From the NCBI GenBank assembly GCA_947085655.1, contig CAMTXH010000006.1:6498-70497 (forward strand): 64,000 bases of DNA, written 5' to 3'. Positions 47,315 to 56,873 of this stretch are shown here, one piece after another; within the stretch, counting starts at the first letter, position 1; every line of letters begins with the position of its first letter. Origin of the DNA: an uncultured Omnitrophica bacterium. GTDB lineage: Bacteria; Omnitrophota; Gorgyraeia; JACQQV01. The position numbers and the translations under genes are program-made. The notes beneath the pieces were generated by a model. It was not told where the DNA came from and did not search any database. It saw nothing but the letters and a program-made list of their open reading frames with translations.

Positions 47315-49740
47315 TATCCGAACAGAAGTTTTCCGTCTTTCACGGAGACCTTGACCTCTCCTCCCTCCTTGAATTTACCGAGAATGATCTCTTCGGCAAG
47401 GGGATCCTCGAGAAAACGCTGGATGGTCCGCTTCAAAGGACGCGCCCCGAAGACGGGATCGAATCCCTTTTCGATGAGGAATTCCTTCGCTTCCTTCGTC
47501 AGCTTGACCTGGATCCGTCTCTCTTTAAGGCGCTCTTGAACCTCCTCCACTTCAATCTCGATGATTTTGTTCAAATCGTCCTTCGTGAGCGGATGGAAGA
47601 CAATGATGTCATCCACCCGGTTCAGAAATTCCGGTTTGAACGTCCGTTTGACTTCATCCAACAGTTTCGTCTTCATCTCATCGTATTTCACTTCCTCCTT
47701 CTGCGTCGAAAAGCCGAGGGATCCCTGCTTTCGGATGATCTCCGCGCCGATATTGGCGGTCATGATCAGAACGGTATTGCGAAAATCGACCCGCCTCCCG
47801 AAAGAATCGGTAATCCGGCCCTCTTCCAGGACTTGAAGGAGGAGGTTAAAGACATCCGGATGGGCTTTCTCGATTTCATCCAGAAGGACCACCGCGTACG
47901 GCCGTCGCCGGATCCGCTCGGTGAGCTGTCCTCCCTCTTCGTACCCGACGTATCCGGGCGGCGCCCCCACGAGCCGGGAAACATTGAATTTCTCCATATA
48001 CTCGGACATGTCCACCTGGACCACCGCATCCGGATCCCCGAACAGAAACTCGGCCAGTGTCTTCGCCAAAAGCGTTTTTCCGACGCCGGTCGGCCCCAGA
48101 AAGATGAAGGAACCGATCGGGCGGCGCGTATCCTTGAGTCCTGCGCGGGAGCGGCGGATGGCGCGGGTGATGGCATTAATCGGTTCGTCCTGACCGATTA
48201 CCCGTTTGTGCAGTTCCTCTTCCATCCGGAGAAGCCGGGCAAGCTCCTTTTCCTCGAGTTTAACGACGGGCACGCCGGTCCACTTGGAGACAATATGGGC
48301 GATGTCATCGGCTGTGACCTGCGGGCTCGACTCCATCTTCCTCTCCTTCCAGTCCTGTTTCATCTTCTCAAGGCGCTGTTTGGCCTCGCGCTCCTGGTCC
48401 CGGAGGTTTGCCGCTTTTTCGAAATCCTGTCCCTTGATCGCCGCCTCTTTTTCCTTCCGGAGGACCTCGATTTTTCCCTCCTGTTCCTTGACCTCTTTGG
48501 GCATGGTCATCACGGAGAGCCGGATCCGAGAACCGGCCTCGTCGATAAGATCAATCGCCTTGTCCGGAAGGAACCTTCCCGTGATATAACGGTCGGAGAG
48601 TTTCGCCGCCGCATCAAGCGCCTCATCGAGGATCTTGACCCGGTGATGCGCTTCATATTTGTCCCGGAGTCCCTTCAGGATCTCCATCGTCTCATCCACC
48701 GTCGGCTGCTCGACATAAATCGTCTGAAAACGGCGCTCAAGGGCCGCGTCCTTTTCAATGTATTTCCGGTATTCATCGAGGGTGGTGGCGCCGACACACT
48801 GGATTTCGCCGCGGGAGAGCGCCGGCTTGAGAATGTTGGAGGCGTCGATGGCTCCCTCCGCCCCGCCGGCTCCCACCAGGGTGTGAAGTTCGTCAATGAA
48901 GATGATGACGTTCTCGGAGCGTCTGATCTCATCCATCACCGCTTTGATCCGTTCCTCAAACTGGCCGCGGTATTTTGTGCCGGCGACCATGAGCGCCAAG
49001 TCGAGCGTGATGACCCGTTTATCCCGCAGCACCTCGGGAACATCTCCCGAGACGATCAGATGGGCCAGCCCCTCGACGATGGCGGTTTTTCCGACCCCCG
49101 CTTCTCCGAGAAGGACGGGGTTATTTTTGGTCCGCCGGGAAAGGACCTGGATGACCCGCTCGATTTCGTCCTTGCGTCCGATGACCGGGTCCAATTTATT
49201 CTCCCGGGCGAGCGCCGTCAGATCCCGGCCAAAGGCGTCCAACGCAGGGGTCTTGGTCTTGTAGGAGGTCCCACCCCCGGTCGGAGCACTCTGCGGCGGT
49301 GATCCGGATCCCAGAAGGGCCATCACTTCGCTCCGGACCTTCGTCAGGTCGAGTCCAAGATTAAGAAGGACCTGGGAGGCAACCCCCTCCCCTTCCCGGA
49401 TCAGTCCAAGCAGAAGATGTTCCGTGCCGATGTAGTTATGCCCGAGGGACCGGGCCTCATCCATGGCCAGTTCAATCACTTTTTTGGCCTTCGGCGTGAA
49501 GGGAATGTCGCCGGAGACAATCGTACTCGGGCCGGACTGCACCAGTTTCTCAACCTCCAGCCGGATATTTTCGGAACTGAGTCCCAGACTCCGGAAGACG
49601 GCTGCGGCAACTCCTTCCCCCTCCCGGATGAGCCCAAGAAGCAGGTGTTCGGTCCCGATGTAATCATGGTTGAACCGTTTGGCCTCCTCCTTGGCCAGAA
49701 TGATGACTTTACGCGCTCTTTCCGTGAATCGATTAAACAT
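47314..49740 (-). CDS. clpC: ATP-dependent Clp protease ATP-binding subunit ClpC (class III heat-shock type, with UVR motif)
   Basis: Two Clp_N repeats ([13 protein letters not shown]...), two AAA+ modules ([10 protein letters not shown] and GPTGVGKT), and a UVR-like linker. Confidence 0.9.
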   Translation of the reverse strand: MFNRFTERARKVIILAKEEAKRFNHDYIGTEHLLLGLIREGEGVAAAVFRSLGLSSENIRLEVEKLVQSGPSTIVSGDIPFTPKAKKVIELAMDEARSLGHNYIGTEHLLLGLIREGEGVASQVLLNLGLDLTKVRSEVMALLGSGSPPQSAPTGGGTSYKTKTPALDAFGRDLTALARENKLDPVIGRKDEIERVIQVLSRRTKNNPVLLGEAGVGKTAIVEGLAHLIVSGDVPEVLRDKRVITLDLALMVAGTKYRGQFEERIKAVMDEIRRSENVIIFIDELHTLVGAGGAEGAIDASNILKPALSRGEIQCVGATTLDEYRKYIEKDAALERRFQTIYVEQPTVDETMEILKGLRDKYEAHHRVKILDEALDAAAKLSDRYITGRFLPDKAIDLIDEAGSRIRLSVMTMPKEVKEQEGKIEVLRKEKEAAIKGQDFEKAANLRDQEREAKQRLEKMKQDWKERKMESSPQVTADDIAHIVSKWTGVPVVKLEEKELARLLRMEEELHKRVIGQDEPINAITRAIRRSRAGLKDTRRPIGSFIFLGPTGVGKTLLAKTLAEFLFGDPDAVVQVDMSEYMEKFNVSRLVGAPPGYVGYEEGGQLTERIRRRPYAVVLLDEIEKAHPDVFNLLLQVLEEGRITDSFGRRVDFRNTVLIMTANIGAEIIRKQGSLGFSTQKEEVKYDEMKTKLLDEVKRTFKPEFLNRVDDIIVFHPLTKDDLNKIIEIEVEEVQERLKERRIQVKLTKEAKEFLIEKGFDPVFGARPLKRTIQRFLEDPLAEEIILGKFKEGGEVKVSVKDGKLLFG

Positions 49741-49771
49741 GCTCCCCCCTTCCGTTCAAATGAAAAACGCT

Positions 49772-50821
49772 TTATTTTGTGAGTTTGCTGCGGATAATCA
49801 TGGCCCGCTTCACGTCCCGTTGGGATGCGGACAAGGTTTTGCCTTCCATCTTTTGGAGGTGCGCCGGCTGGGTCAGGATGAAGAGCTCGTTCAACAGTTT
49901 CCTGTCCAGATCCTGAATCAGTCCGAGGTCCACCCCCAATCGCACCATGGATAAAAGATCGGTCGTTTCGTTGCTGCTGATGATGTAAGCGCTCCGGAGC
50001 GTTCCGTAGGCGCGGAAAATCCGGTCCTGCAGTTCCAGTTTCCCCTGCGTCATCAACGACTTCCGGGCGTTCATCTCATAGTCGATAATCTGGCGGATGA
50101 CCCGCTCGATGGAATCGATAATCTCCGTCTCGGAATGCCCCAGTGTCACCTGATTGGAAATCTGGAAAAGATTTCCGCTCGCCTGCGTTCCCTCCCCGTA
50201 GAAACCGCGGACCGCAAGATGAAGTTTTGTAATCATGTTGACGATCTTGTCGATCTGTTTCGTCATAACCAGGGCCGGCAGATGCGACATCACCGAGGCC
50301 CGCATGCCGGTCCCGGTGTTGGTCGGACAGCAGGTCAAATGCCCCCATTCCGGTGAAAAGGCGTAGGAGAGAGACTCGCTTAAAGTGTCGTCTATCTTCT
50401 CCGCCACCCGCCAGACCTCCATCAGGTTAAAACCGGACTGAAGCACCTGGATCCGGAGATGGTCTTCTTCGTTGATCATGACGCTCACCGTCTCATTGGG
50501 GGTGAGGCAGACTCCTTTATGGTCGACATCCACCGCATGTTCCCGGCTGATCAGATGCCGTTCAATCAGAAATTGCTTGTCGATGGAGGAGAGCTCGCTC
50601 AGGCGGAGAAAAAGCGCTCCTTTCAGAAACGAAGATTGGGCCATTGCCTTTTTGACCTTTTCCATCACCTCCTGTTCCTGTTTCTCGTTGGCCCAGTGGG
50701 CGTACGGAACGTGATCCAGGTTCCGCGCCAGACGGACGCGGCTGGAGAGGACGATCTCGGACTGCGGTCCCGTTCCCTTCAGCCATTCGCTTGGTTGTCT
50801 GAGCAAGTCGTCGAGTTTCAC
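49772..50821 (-). CDS. mcsB: Protein-arginine kinase
   Basis: ATP:guanido phosphotransferase fold, 349 aa, adjacent to mcsA and clpC. Confidence 0.8.
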   Translation of the reverse strand: MKLDDLLRQPSEWLKGTGPQSEIVLSSRVRLARNLDHVPYAHWANEKQEQEVMEKVKKAMAQSSFLKGALFLRLSELSSIDKQFLIERHLISREHAVDVDHKGVCLTPNETVSVMINEEDHLRIQVLQSGFNLMEVWRVAEKIDDTLSESLSYAFSPEWGHLTCCPTNTGTGMRASVMSHLPALVMTKQIDKIVNMITKLHLAVRGFYGEGTQASGNLFQISNQVTLGHSETEIIDSIERVIRQIIDYEMNARKSLMTQGKLELQDRIFRAYGTLRSAYIISSNETTDLLSMVRLGVDLGLIQDLDRKLLNELFILTQPAHLQKMEGKTLSASQRDVKRAMIIRSKLTK

Positions 50822-51381
50822 GAAGGTTTCTCTTCCTCTTGACTTTGATTCTTTGATTTCTTTTCGAGGAGGCGGATTTTATCCCGGATCTTCACCGCTT
50901 CTTCGAACGCCTCATCCTGAATCGCCTTCTTCAGTTTTTCCTGTAAAATTTCCAACTCCCCCTTCGGTTTCTCTTTGACGGCGGCCGGCTTGGGCGGGGG
51001 GGCCGCTGTTTTGGGCACGGTCTTTCCGCCGGGTGTCTTTCCGACATGCTGTCCCGACCCCTGAATCCGCTTCAAAAGGCCCGTTAAACTCTTCCGAAAG
51101 GCCTGATAACAGTCGCTGCAACCTAGCCGCCCGATCCGCTTGAAATCGTCATGCGTCATCCCGCAGGTGGAACAGGCGACTTTGATCTCCGCCTCCTCAC
51201 CCAACTGCACCCCGAAATCGGCCAGCCCCGCCAGAAGATCGGAAAGGCCGAAATGCTGTTCCATCGAGGCGGACTTCTTCCGGGCGCACCCTTCGCAAAG
51301 GTGCAACTCTGTCATCTCCTCATCCACAATTTCGGTCAGATGAACCGTCGCCTGACTGGTCTTGCAGACATCACATAACAT
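50818..51381 (-). CDS. mcsA: McsA (zinc-finger/UVR-domain activator of McsB)
   Basis: Two C-x2-C...C-x2-C zinc fingers and a C-terminal UVR coiled coil (LQEKLKKAIQDEAFEEAVKIRDKIRLLE). Confidence 0.75.
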   Translation of the reverse strand: MLCDVCKTSQATVHLTEIVDEEMTELHLCEGCARKKSASMEQHFGLSDLLAGLADFGVQLGEEAEIKVACSTCGMTHDDFKRIGRLGCSDCYQAFRKSLTGLLKRIQGSGQHVGKTPGGKTVPKTAAPPPKPAAVKEKPKGELEILQEKLKKAIQDEAFEEAVKIRDKIRLLEKKSKNQSQEEEKPS

Positions 51382-51390
51382 TTTAATCCC

Positions 51391-52275
51391 TCAAAGCCGG
51401 TACCGGACCCCGTCGGTCCGGGTGAGCTTCCGGAATTCCCGCATGATCCGGAGGGTCAAGGGGCCCGGCTTTCCTTCTCCGATGACCCGGCCGTCCACCC
51501 GGACCACCGGAATCACCTCTGCCGCGGTTCCGGTCAGAAAAACCTCCTCCGCATTGAACACATTATGCCGTGTCATCACTTCCTCCCGAATCGGAATCCG
51601 CTCCCGTCTGGCAATCGTGATGACGGCAAGCCGCGTGATCCCTTTTAGTGCGCCCACATAGGGAGGGGGCGTCAACAATTCCCCGTTTTTGGCGATGAAG
51701 ATGTTGTCGCCGGTGCATTCGGCCACGTAGCCGGCCTGATTCATCATAATCGCCTCTTCCTTTCCCGCATTCGTCGCCTCAATCTTGGCGAGGATGTTGT
51801 TCAGGTAATTCAGGGATTTCAGTTGCGGGTCCACGGCGCTCGGAAGATTCCTCTGCGTCGGAACGGTGATAATTTCAAGTCCCTGCCGGTACAGTTTCTT
51901 CGGGTAAAGGACGATCCGGTCCGTGATGATAAAAAGCGTCGGACGGCCGCATTTTCTCGGATCCAATCCGAGATCCCCTTCCCCCCGCGTCACCACAAGC
52001 CGGATATACGCATCCTTGAGACGATTCGCCTTCAACGTCTCAATGACGGCACGGGTCATCTCCTTCCGGGAAAGAGGGATCTTCAGCATCAGCGTTTTCG
52101 CCGACTCGAAGAGCCGATCCAGGTGCTCCTCCAGTTTGAAAATCAGTCCGTCGTAAGAACGGATCCCCTCAAAGACCCCGTCTCCGTACAAAAGACCATG
52201 GTCAAAGACGGAGATCTTAGCGGCCTGCCGGTCCAGCAACTTCCCGTCGAGATACACCTTCAAATTATTTTTCAT
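51391..52275 (-). CDS. ilvE: Branched-chain amino acid aminotransferase (fold-type IV PLP enzyme)
   Basis: 294 aa (ISVFDHGLLYGDGVFEGIRSYDG...). It could alternatively be a D-amino-acid aminotransferase. Confidence 0.7.
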   Translation of the reverse strand: MKNNLKVYLDGKLLDRQAAKISVFDHGLLYGDGVFEGIRSYDGLIFKLEEHLDRLFESAKTLMLKIPLSRKEMTRAVIETLKANRLKDAYIRLVVTRGEGDLGLDPRKCGRPTLFIITDRIVLYPKKLYRQGLEIITVPTQRNLPSAVDPQLKSLNYLNNILAKIEATNAGKEEAIMMNQAGYVAECTGDNIFIAKNGELLTPPPYVGALKGITRLAVITIARRERIPIREEVMTRHNVFNAEEVFLTGTAAEVIPVVRVDGRVIGEGKPGPLTLRIMREFRKLTRTDGVRYRL

Positions 52276-52997
52276 ACACGCTCCTCAAGCTGTCCATCCC
52301 GGATGCGGAAAAGGATCGATGCTGCCTGGGCCACCGCCTCCGCATGGGTCACGATTAAAAATGTCATCTGTTCCGTTTGATTCAAGGAGGTCATCAACTC
52401 GAGAATCGCTTCCCCTGTCTTCGAATCCAGATTCCCAGTCGGTTCATCGCAAAGGACCAGTTCCGGGCGGTTCATCAGAGCCCGCGCAATCGCAACCCGC
52501 TGCTGTTCTCCGCCGGAAAGGGCCGCCGGCCGGTGACGCAGGCGTTCCCCGAGGCCAAGTTTGACAAGCCATTCCTCCGCCTCGCGCCGGAGGGAACGAA
52601 ACGGGACCTTCGCGTCACGAATCTTCGCCGGAAGCATGACATTTTCAAGCGCCGTCAATTCCGGAAGGAGATGGTAAAATTGAAAAATAAAACCGATTTT
52701 TTCGTTCCGGAACCGGCAACGCTTCTCCTCCGAAAGCCGGTACAAATCCTTCCCCTGGAAAAGAACCTCTCCCGCCGTCGGCTTCTGAAGTCCTCCCAAA
52801 ATATGCAACAGGGTCGATTTCCCCGCTCCGGAGGCACCGACGATGCTGACAATCTTTCCCCGCGGGATTTGAAGATCGATTCCGCGCAGGACCTGGAGAT
52901 CTCTCCCTCCCTCCCGGTACAGGTGGCGGAGTCCTCTTGTTTCCAGAAGAAGTTCCACCGCTTCCTTTGTCTGAGGTTCCTTCAGCGCCGCCAACAT
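52272..52997 (-). CDS. lolD: Lipoprotein-releasing system ATP-binding protein LolD-like
   Basis: Walker [25 protein letters not shown]. Confidence 0.75.
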   Translation of the reverse strand: MLAALKEPQTKEAVELLLETRGLRHLYREGGRDLQVLRGIDLQIPRGKIVSIVGASGAGKSTLLHILGGLQKPTAGEVLFQGKDLYRLSEEKRCRFRNEKIGFIFQFYHLLPELTALENVMLPAKIRDAKVPFRSLRREAEEWLVKLGLGERLRHRPAALSGGEQQRVAIARALMNRPELVLCDEPTGNLDSKTGEAILELMTSLNQTEQMTFLIVTHAEAVAQAASILFRIRDGQLEERV

Positions 52998-53000
52998 CGC

Positions 53001-54179
53001 TTACTCATAGCGAAGGGCCTCGACCGGATCGAGCCGGGACGCCCTCCAAGCCGGGTAAAGGGTGGCCAATCCGCTGATCAAGACCGCCGCCAAAACAATC
53101 GCCAGCGAATCGAGCCACTGAATATCCACCGGCAGATATTCGATGTAATAGATGTCCTGCGGCAGACGGATAAAAGGATACCGCTTTAAAAAAAGACAGA
53201 GTCCCAACCCGGCGCCCGTCCCCAGGAGCGTCCCCGCCACACCGATGAGAAATCCCTGCAACGAGAAAATCAGCCGGATGGAGCGGTTCGAACTGCCGAG
53301 TGCTTTCAAAATCCCGATGTCCCGGGTTTTTTCCGTCACCATGACGATCAGAGAACCGGCGATGTTGAAACAGGCCACGCAGATGATCAGGGTTAAAATG
53401 ACAAACATGGCGATCTTCTCAAGGGCCAAAGCCCCGAAGAGGTTCCGGTTCATCTCAATCCAGGTGGTCACCCGGAAACCGGGACCCAAAAGGGCCTCCG
53501 CCTTCTTTTTCGCTTCCTCCGCCCGGTGCATGTTCCGCAGCCGCACCCCGATGCCGCCGACCGCTTCCTGCAATCCGAAAAGATGCTGGGCATCCTCCAG
53601 CCGGACAAAAACAAGGTTCAGGTCATAGTCATACATCCCGGAATGGAAAATGCCGCCGACCCGGAACGGTTCGCCCCGCTTGCGGGCGGGGGAAATCACT
53701 TCGAGTTTCTCACCGATACGGAGGTCCAGTTTGCGCGCCAGCTCCCTTCCGATCAGAATCTCCCTTTCGGCCAGATGAAAAGAGCCCTCGATGATGCCCT
53801 GATGGGTCCGGGTCACGGTTTGCTCAAGGTCCGGATCGATGCCACGGAGAAGAACTCCGTGCACCAGGTCATCTACGGAAAGCATCGCCTGACCGTGAAG
53901 AAAGGGGGCGCTTCCCGTAATTTCTTCCACCTGGGCGAGCCGACTCATCACCGCCTCCGGCTCGCTGATCCCTCCGGGAGATTCGATAAAAAGATGGGGA
54001 TGAGAGCCGGTGATTTTTTCTTTCAGATCCCGGTCGAACCCGCTCATCACGGCAATCACGACGATGAGAGCCATCACCCCCACCGCCACGCCAAGGGTTG
54101 AAATCAGCGTGGTCACCGAAAAATAGGAATCCTTCTGTCGGAACAGATACCGCAACCCCACAAACAGTTCTAACCGCAT
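53001..54179 (-). CDS. lolC: Lipoprotein-releasing system permease LolC/LolE-like (FtsX family)
   Basis: 392 aa, MacB-like periplasmic domain plus FtsX C-terminal TMs. N-terminus MRLELFVGLRYLFRQKD. Confidence 0.75.
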   Translation of the reverse strand: MRLELFVGLRYLFRQKDSYFSVTTLISTLGVAVGVMALIVVIAVMSGFDRDLKEKITGSHPHLFIESPGGISEPEAVMSRLAQVEEITGSAPFLHGQAMLSVDDLVHGVLLRGIDPDLEQTVTRTHQGIIEGSFHLAEREILIGRELARKLDLRIGEKLEVISPARKRGEPFRVGGIFHSGMYDYDLNLVFVRLEDAQHLFGLQEAVGGIGVRLRNMHRAEEAKKKAEALLGPGFRVTTWIEMNRNLFGALALEKIAMFVILTLIICVACFNIAGSLIVMVTEKTRDIGILKALGSSNRSIRLIFSLQGFLIGVAGTLLGTGAGLGLCLFLKRYPFIRLPQDIYYIEYLPVDIQWLDSLAIVLAAVLISGLATLYPAWRASRLDPVEALRYE

Positions 54180-54181
54180 CC

Positions 54182-55639
54182 CTATTTCTCCGGTTTCAGC
54201 TGCGGGAAAAGGATGACTTCCCGGATTGAACGCTGATTGGCAAACAACATGGTGAGTCGGTCGATCCCGACCCCGAGTCCCGCCGCAGGCGGCATGCCGT
54301 ACTCCAGGGCCTTCACAAAGTCTCCATCAATTTTAGATGCATCTCCGTCCGCTTGTGTTTCAAAGCGTTTCATCTGCTCAACCGGATCATTCAGCTCGGA
54401 ATAACCGTTGGCCACTTCCATGCCGCCGACGAAAAGCTCAAACCGTTCCGCAACGTCCGGATTTTCCTTTTTGCTCTTTGCAAGAGGTGAAATGGCTGTG
54501 TAATAATCGATCACAAAGACTGGTTTATCCGCATGAGGAGCGACTAAATCTGAAACTAAATTTACAATTTGAGAACGGGTCAAATTTTCCTTTAATTCTA
54601 AATGGGCTGATTCTTTTCGCTTTTTTAACTTTTGAATCATTTCTTTTTCGGAATCCCCGGGATCAATATCAAAAATGTCTTTTAACTCTTTTGTAAAAGA
54701 AAAACGTCTCCAGGGGGGCGCAAAATCGATCTCTGGAAGATTGCCAAATTTGACCTTCGTCGTGCCCAGTAATCCCTCAACCAATGTCGCGATCATCTCC
54801 TCCATAAAAATCATCATATCTTCGTAATTCCAATACGCCGCGTAGGCCTCCAGCATCGTGAATTCAGGATTATGCTGCGCGGAAATCCCCTCGTTCCGGA
54901 AACTTTTCGCAATCTCATACACCTTTTCAAATCCGCCGACGAGGAGTTTCTTCAGGTATAACTCCGGGGCGAGCCGGAGGTAAAGCTCCATATCGAGGGT
55001 CTTGTGGTGCGTTTTAAAAGGGTCTCCCGCCGCCCCGCCGGGGATCGGATGCATCATCGGCGTCTCCACCTCCAGAAATCCCTTTTTGTCCAGGAAATGC
55101 CTCATCTTCTGAATCAGGCGGCTCCTCAGCACAAAGACGGAGCGGACCTCTTCGCTCATGAGGAGATCCACATAACGCTGCCGGATGCGTGTCTCCACGT
55201 CTTTGAGTCCGTGCCACTTCTCCGGAAGCGGTCTTAAATTTTTGGAGAGAAGCTCGAGCCGCTCAACCCGGACGCTCGGTTCTCCGGTCTTGGTCTTGAA
55301 AAGGGACCCCTCCGCGCCGACAATATCCCCGATGTCCAGTTTTTCAAAGAACGCAAATGCCTCTCCGCCGACAGTCTCCTCCTTGATATAAAGTTGGAGC
55401 TTGCCTGTCTGGTCGCGGAGATCGGCAAATCCTGTCTTGCCGTGCCGCCGAAGAGCCATGAGACGCCCGGCGACCTTCACCTTTTTTCCCTCTTCAAAGG
55501 CGGAGACGATTTCGCTCAGAGAACCGCTCCGCTCAAAACGTCCCCCGTAGGGAACAACCGGTTTCTCATACAAACGGAGTCCCTTAAAGGAGGCGAGCTT
55601 CTTTAATCTTTCCTGATAAAGGGTGTTCGTCTCATCCAT
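54182..55639 (-). CDS. lysS: Lysine--tRNA ligase (class II)
   Basis: 485 aa, OB anticodon-binding domain plus class-II core (GGAAG motif region). Confidence 0.9.
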   Translation of the reverse strand: MDETNTLYQERLKKLASFKGLRLYEKPVVPYGGRFERSGSLSEIVSAFEEGKKVKVAGRLMALRRHGKTGFADLRDQTGKLQLYIKEETVGGEAFAFFEKLDIGDIVGAEGSLFKTKTGEPSVRVERLELLSKNLRPLPEKWHGLKDVETRIRQRYVDLLMSEEVRSVFVLRSRLIQKMRHFLDKKGFLEVETPMMHPIPGGAAGDPFKTHHKTLDMELYLRLAPELYLKKLLVGGFEKVYEIAKSFRNEGISAQHNPEFTMLEAYAAYWNYEDMMIFMEEMIATLVEGLLGTTKVKFGNLPEIDFAPPWRRFSFTKELKDIFDIDPGDSEKEMIQKLKKRKESAHLELKENLTRSQIVNLVSDLVAPHADKPVFVIDYYTAISPLAKSKKENPDVAERFELFVGGMEVANGYSELNDPVEQMKRFETQADGDASKIDGDFVKALEYGMPPAAGLGVGIDRLTMLFANQRSIREVILFPQLKPEK

Positions 55640-55659
55640 AAGGCATACTAAATCAATCG

Positions 55660-55688
55660 ATTATAGCGCATCGGAAACATTCTGTCAA
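55660..55688 (-). promoter_or_regulatory. Consensus sigma70 promoter for lysS: TTGACA-N17-TATAAT
   Basis: Minus-strand sequence CATTGACAGAATGTTTCCGATGCGCTATAATCGATTG is ~25 nt upstream of the lysS ATG. Both hexamers match the consensus perfectly. Confidence 0.65.
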
Positions 55689-55756
55689 TGCCGGCGTTTG
55701 GGGAGCCGGTTTTCGTTACCTCAAGCGGAGATTAGGGATAGGCGATTTGGATGGAC

Positions 55757-55830
55757 AAAAAAGGACGGTCTCCGGTAGATGATGACTGTCCTCGGATAAC
55801 GGGATTTGGAGGACAGGTGAGAGACCGTCC
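55757..55830 (-). terminator. Rho-independent terminator (long bipartite stem) for the secreted-protein gene
   Basis: Minus strand: GGACGGUCUC ... inner hairpin CUGUCCUC/GAGGACAG ... GAGACCGUCC followed by UUUUUU. Confidence 0.65.
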
Positions 55831-55947
55831 CTTATGGGCTAACGTAATCGAATTGTCATTCCGTTGCGAAGCGGCCGGCCTCCAGCGAAATTTTGGGGGT
55901 CCAAGGCTAAATTTCGCCCCGGGAGGCAGGCCGCCTGCACGGTATCA

Positions 55948-56463
55948 TCAAACATAGCGCATTCCTGAAATCTTTCTCGGTTTTTCCTTTACCGGTACCG
56001 GCGTTTCCTGTTCGACTTCCGGTTCGGGTTCCTCTTCAAATGTTTCCTCGGAACCGGCAGGATCATTCGGCAAAGGCAGAGCAGGACTTTCCGGTGCAAT
56101 GACCTCCTGTTCGCTCACAGGTGGACCGGCAGACTGAAGAACCCTTTCCCTGATTTGATGCTTTCCAGACCCTTCCGGACCAACGACGCTGAGAATAGCT
56201 TCTTTTGCATCTGAATCACCCGTAACGGCACCGACTCCTGCCATCTGAGCGTCGGGGTTTTCCGCCATGCTCCCTCCCCGTTCGAACGCCTGATAGATTT
56301 TGCGATCGATTGCAGAATCCTCATCATGAAAAGCGCCATCATGGTTGAACCCCCCTTTTTCTCCGGAACTCGGATTCGTGATTCCCTCGGGCTGCGAAAA
56401 CGGAAAATATGCCATAGCAGCCGCAAGGAATAAAAAAGTCATTTTGGAAACGCTGAACTTCAT
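55948..56463 (-). CDS. Small secreted acidic Gly/Glu/Pro-rich protein of unknown function
   Basis: Start at ATG 56463, 10 nt after AAGGAGG. Signal peptide MKFSVSKMTFLFLAAAMA. Acidic low-complexity C-terminus. Own promoter region, leader and terminator. Confidence 0.6.
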   Translation of the reverse strand: MKFSVSKMTFLFLAAAMAYFPFSQPEGITNPSSGEKGGFNHDGAFHDEDSAIDRKIYQAFERGGSMAENPDAQMAGVGAVTGDSDAKEAILSVVGPEGSGKHQIRERVLQSAGPPVSEQEVIAPESPALPLPNDPAGSEETFEEEPEPEVEQETPVPVKEKPRKISGMRYV

Positions 56464-56472
56464 CCAATCCAC

Positions 56473-56575
56473 CCCTCCTTTTTTAGGGGAAACAAAAAAG
56501 CTGCCGAAAAAAAATTCGCCCTTCGACCCCGCTCAGGGCGAATCCTGAGCTTTTCGAAGGGATTCGGCAGCTCGG
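56473..56575 (-). promoter_or_regulatory. Structured 5' leader with an intrinsic terminator and overlapping alternative hairpins (attenuator- or riboswitch-like)
   Basis: Minus-strand RNA: GCUGCCGAA...[GCUCAGG auucgcc CCUGAGC]...[UUCGCCCU gagcggggucga AGGGCGAA]UUUUUUUU CGGCAGC UUUUUU, then AAGGAGG. The terminator stem, a competing hairpin and an enclosing 9-bp stem share nucleotides. Confidence 0.5.
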
Positions 56576-56582
56576 CGATCGT

Positions 56583-56664
56583 AAAAACGGTGTCTGGTGT
56601 TAGGTGTACGGTGTAAGGTTACATGCTACCTAACACCCTGCACCTGACACCCTTCACCGTTTTT
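56583..56664. terminator. Long imperfect hairpin (~32-bp stem) flanked by an A5 and a T5 run. Candidate bidirectional terminator or structured RNA.
   Basis: AAAAACGGTG...CACCGTTTTT; about 25 of 32 stem positions pair. Built from TGTnAGG-like sub-repeats. Confidence 0.45.
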
Positions 56665-56734
56665 GTAGACCCGTAACTTTGCGTCCTACCCTTTCGAGTA
56701 GTTTGCCTTTATCGTAAATTCTTTTTTAAATCGT

Positions 56735-56763
56735 CAAAAATAGGCGCAAAAAAAATTCTGCGC
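56735..56763 (-). terminator. Rho-independent terminator downstream of lnt
   Basis: GGCGCAGAAUUUUUUUUGCGCC followed by UAUUUUUG on the minus strand. Confidence 0.55.
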
Positions 56764-56854
56764 CTTAAGAAACGCGCGCTCCTATTAGGAAGTATACCCT
56801 AAAAATGGCGAAAATCAAGATGGAGAAGCTAAATTATCGTCGGACATTGTCAAA

Positions 56855-56870
56855 TTGTGCAATTGCACAA
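56855..56870. promoter_or_regulatory. Perfect 16-bp palindrome TTGTGCAATTGCACAA (candidate transcription-factor operator)
   Basis: Exact dyad symmetry. Located 4 nt past the lnt stop, in the AT-rich region upstream of the secreted-protein gene. Confidence 0.4.
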
Positions 56871-56873
56871 GAG

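Noticed and set aside
55757-55830. Possible structured ncRNA gene between the secreted-protein gene and lysS (nested hairpins GGACGGTCTC...GAGACCGTCC)
   Set aside because: On the minus strand the outer stem is followed directly by U6, and the element lies 120-190 nt downstream of a stop codon. It is best explained as an intrinsic terminator. No resemblance to 6S, SRP, tmRNA or RNase P motifs was seen.
55948-56472. GTG start at 56472 for the secreted acidic protein, as in the ORF track
   Set aside because: The GTG lies 1 nt after the AAGGAGG site. The ATG at 56463 has ideal 10-nt spacing and begins a proper signal peptide, so it is preferred.
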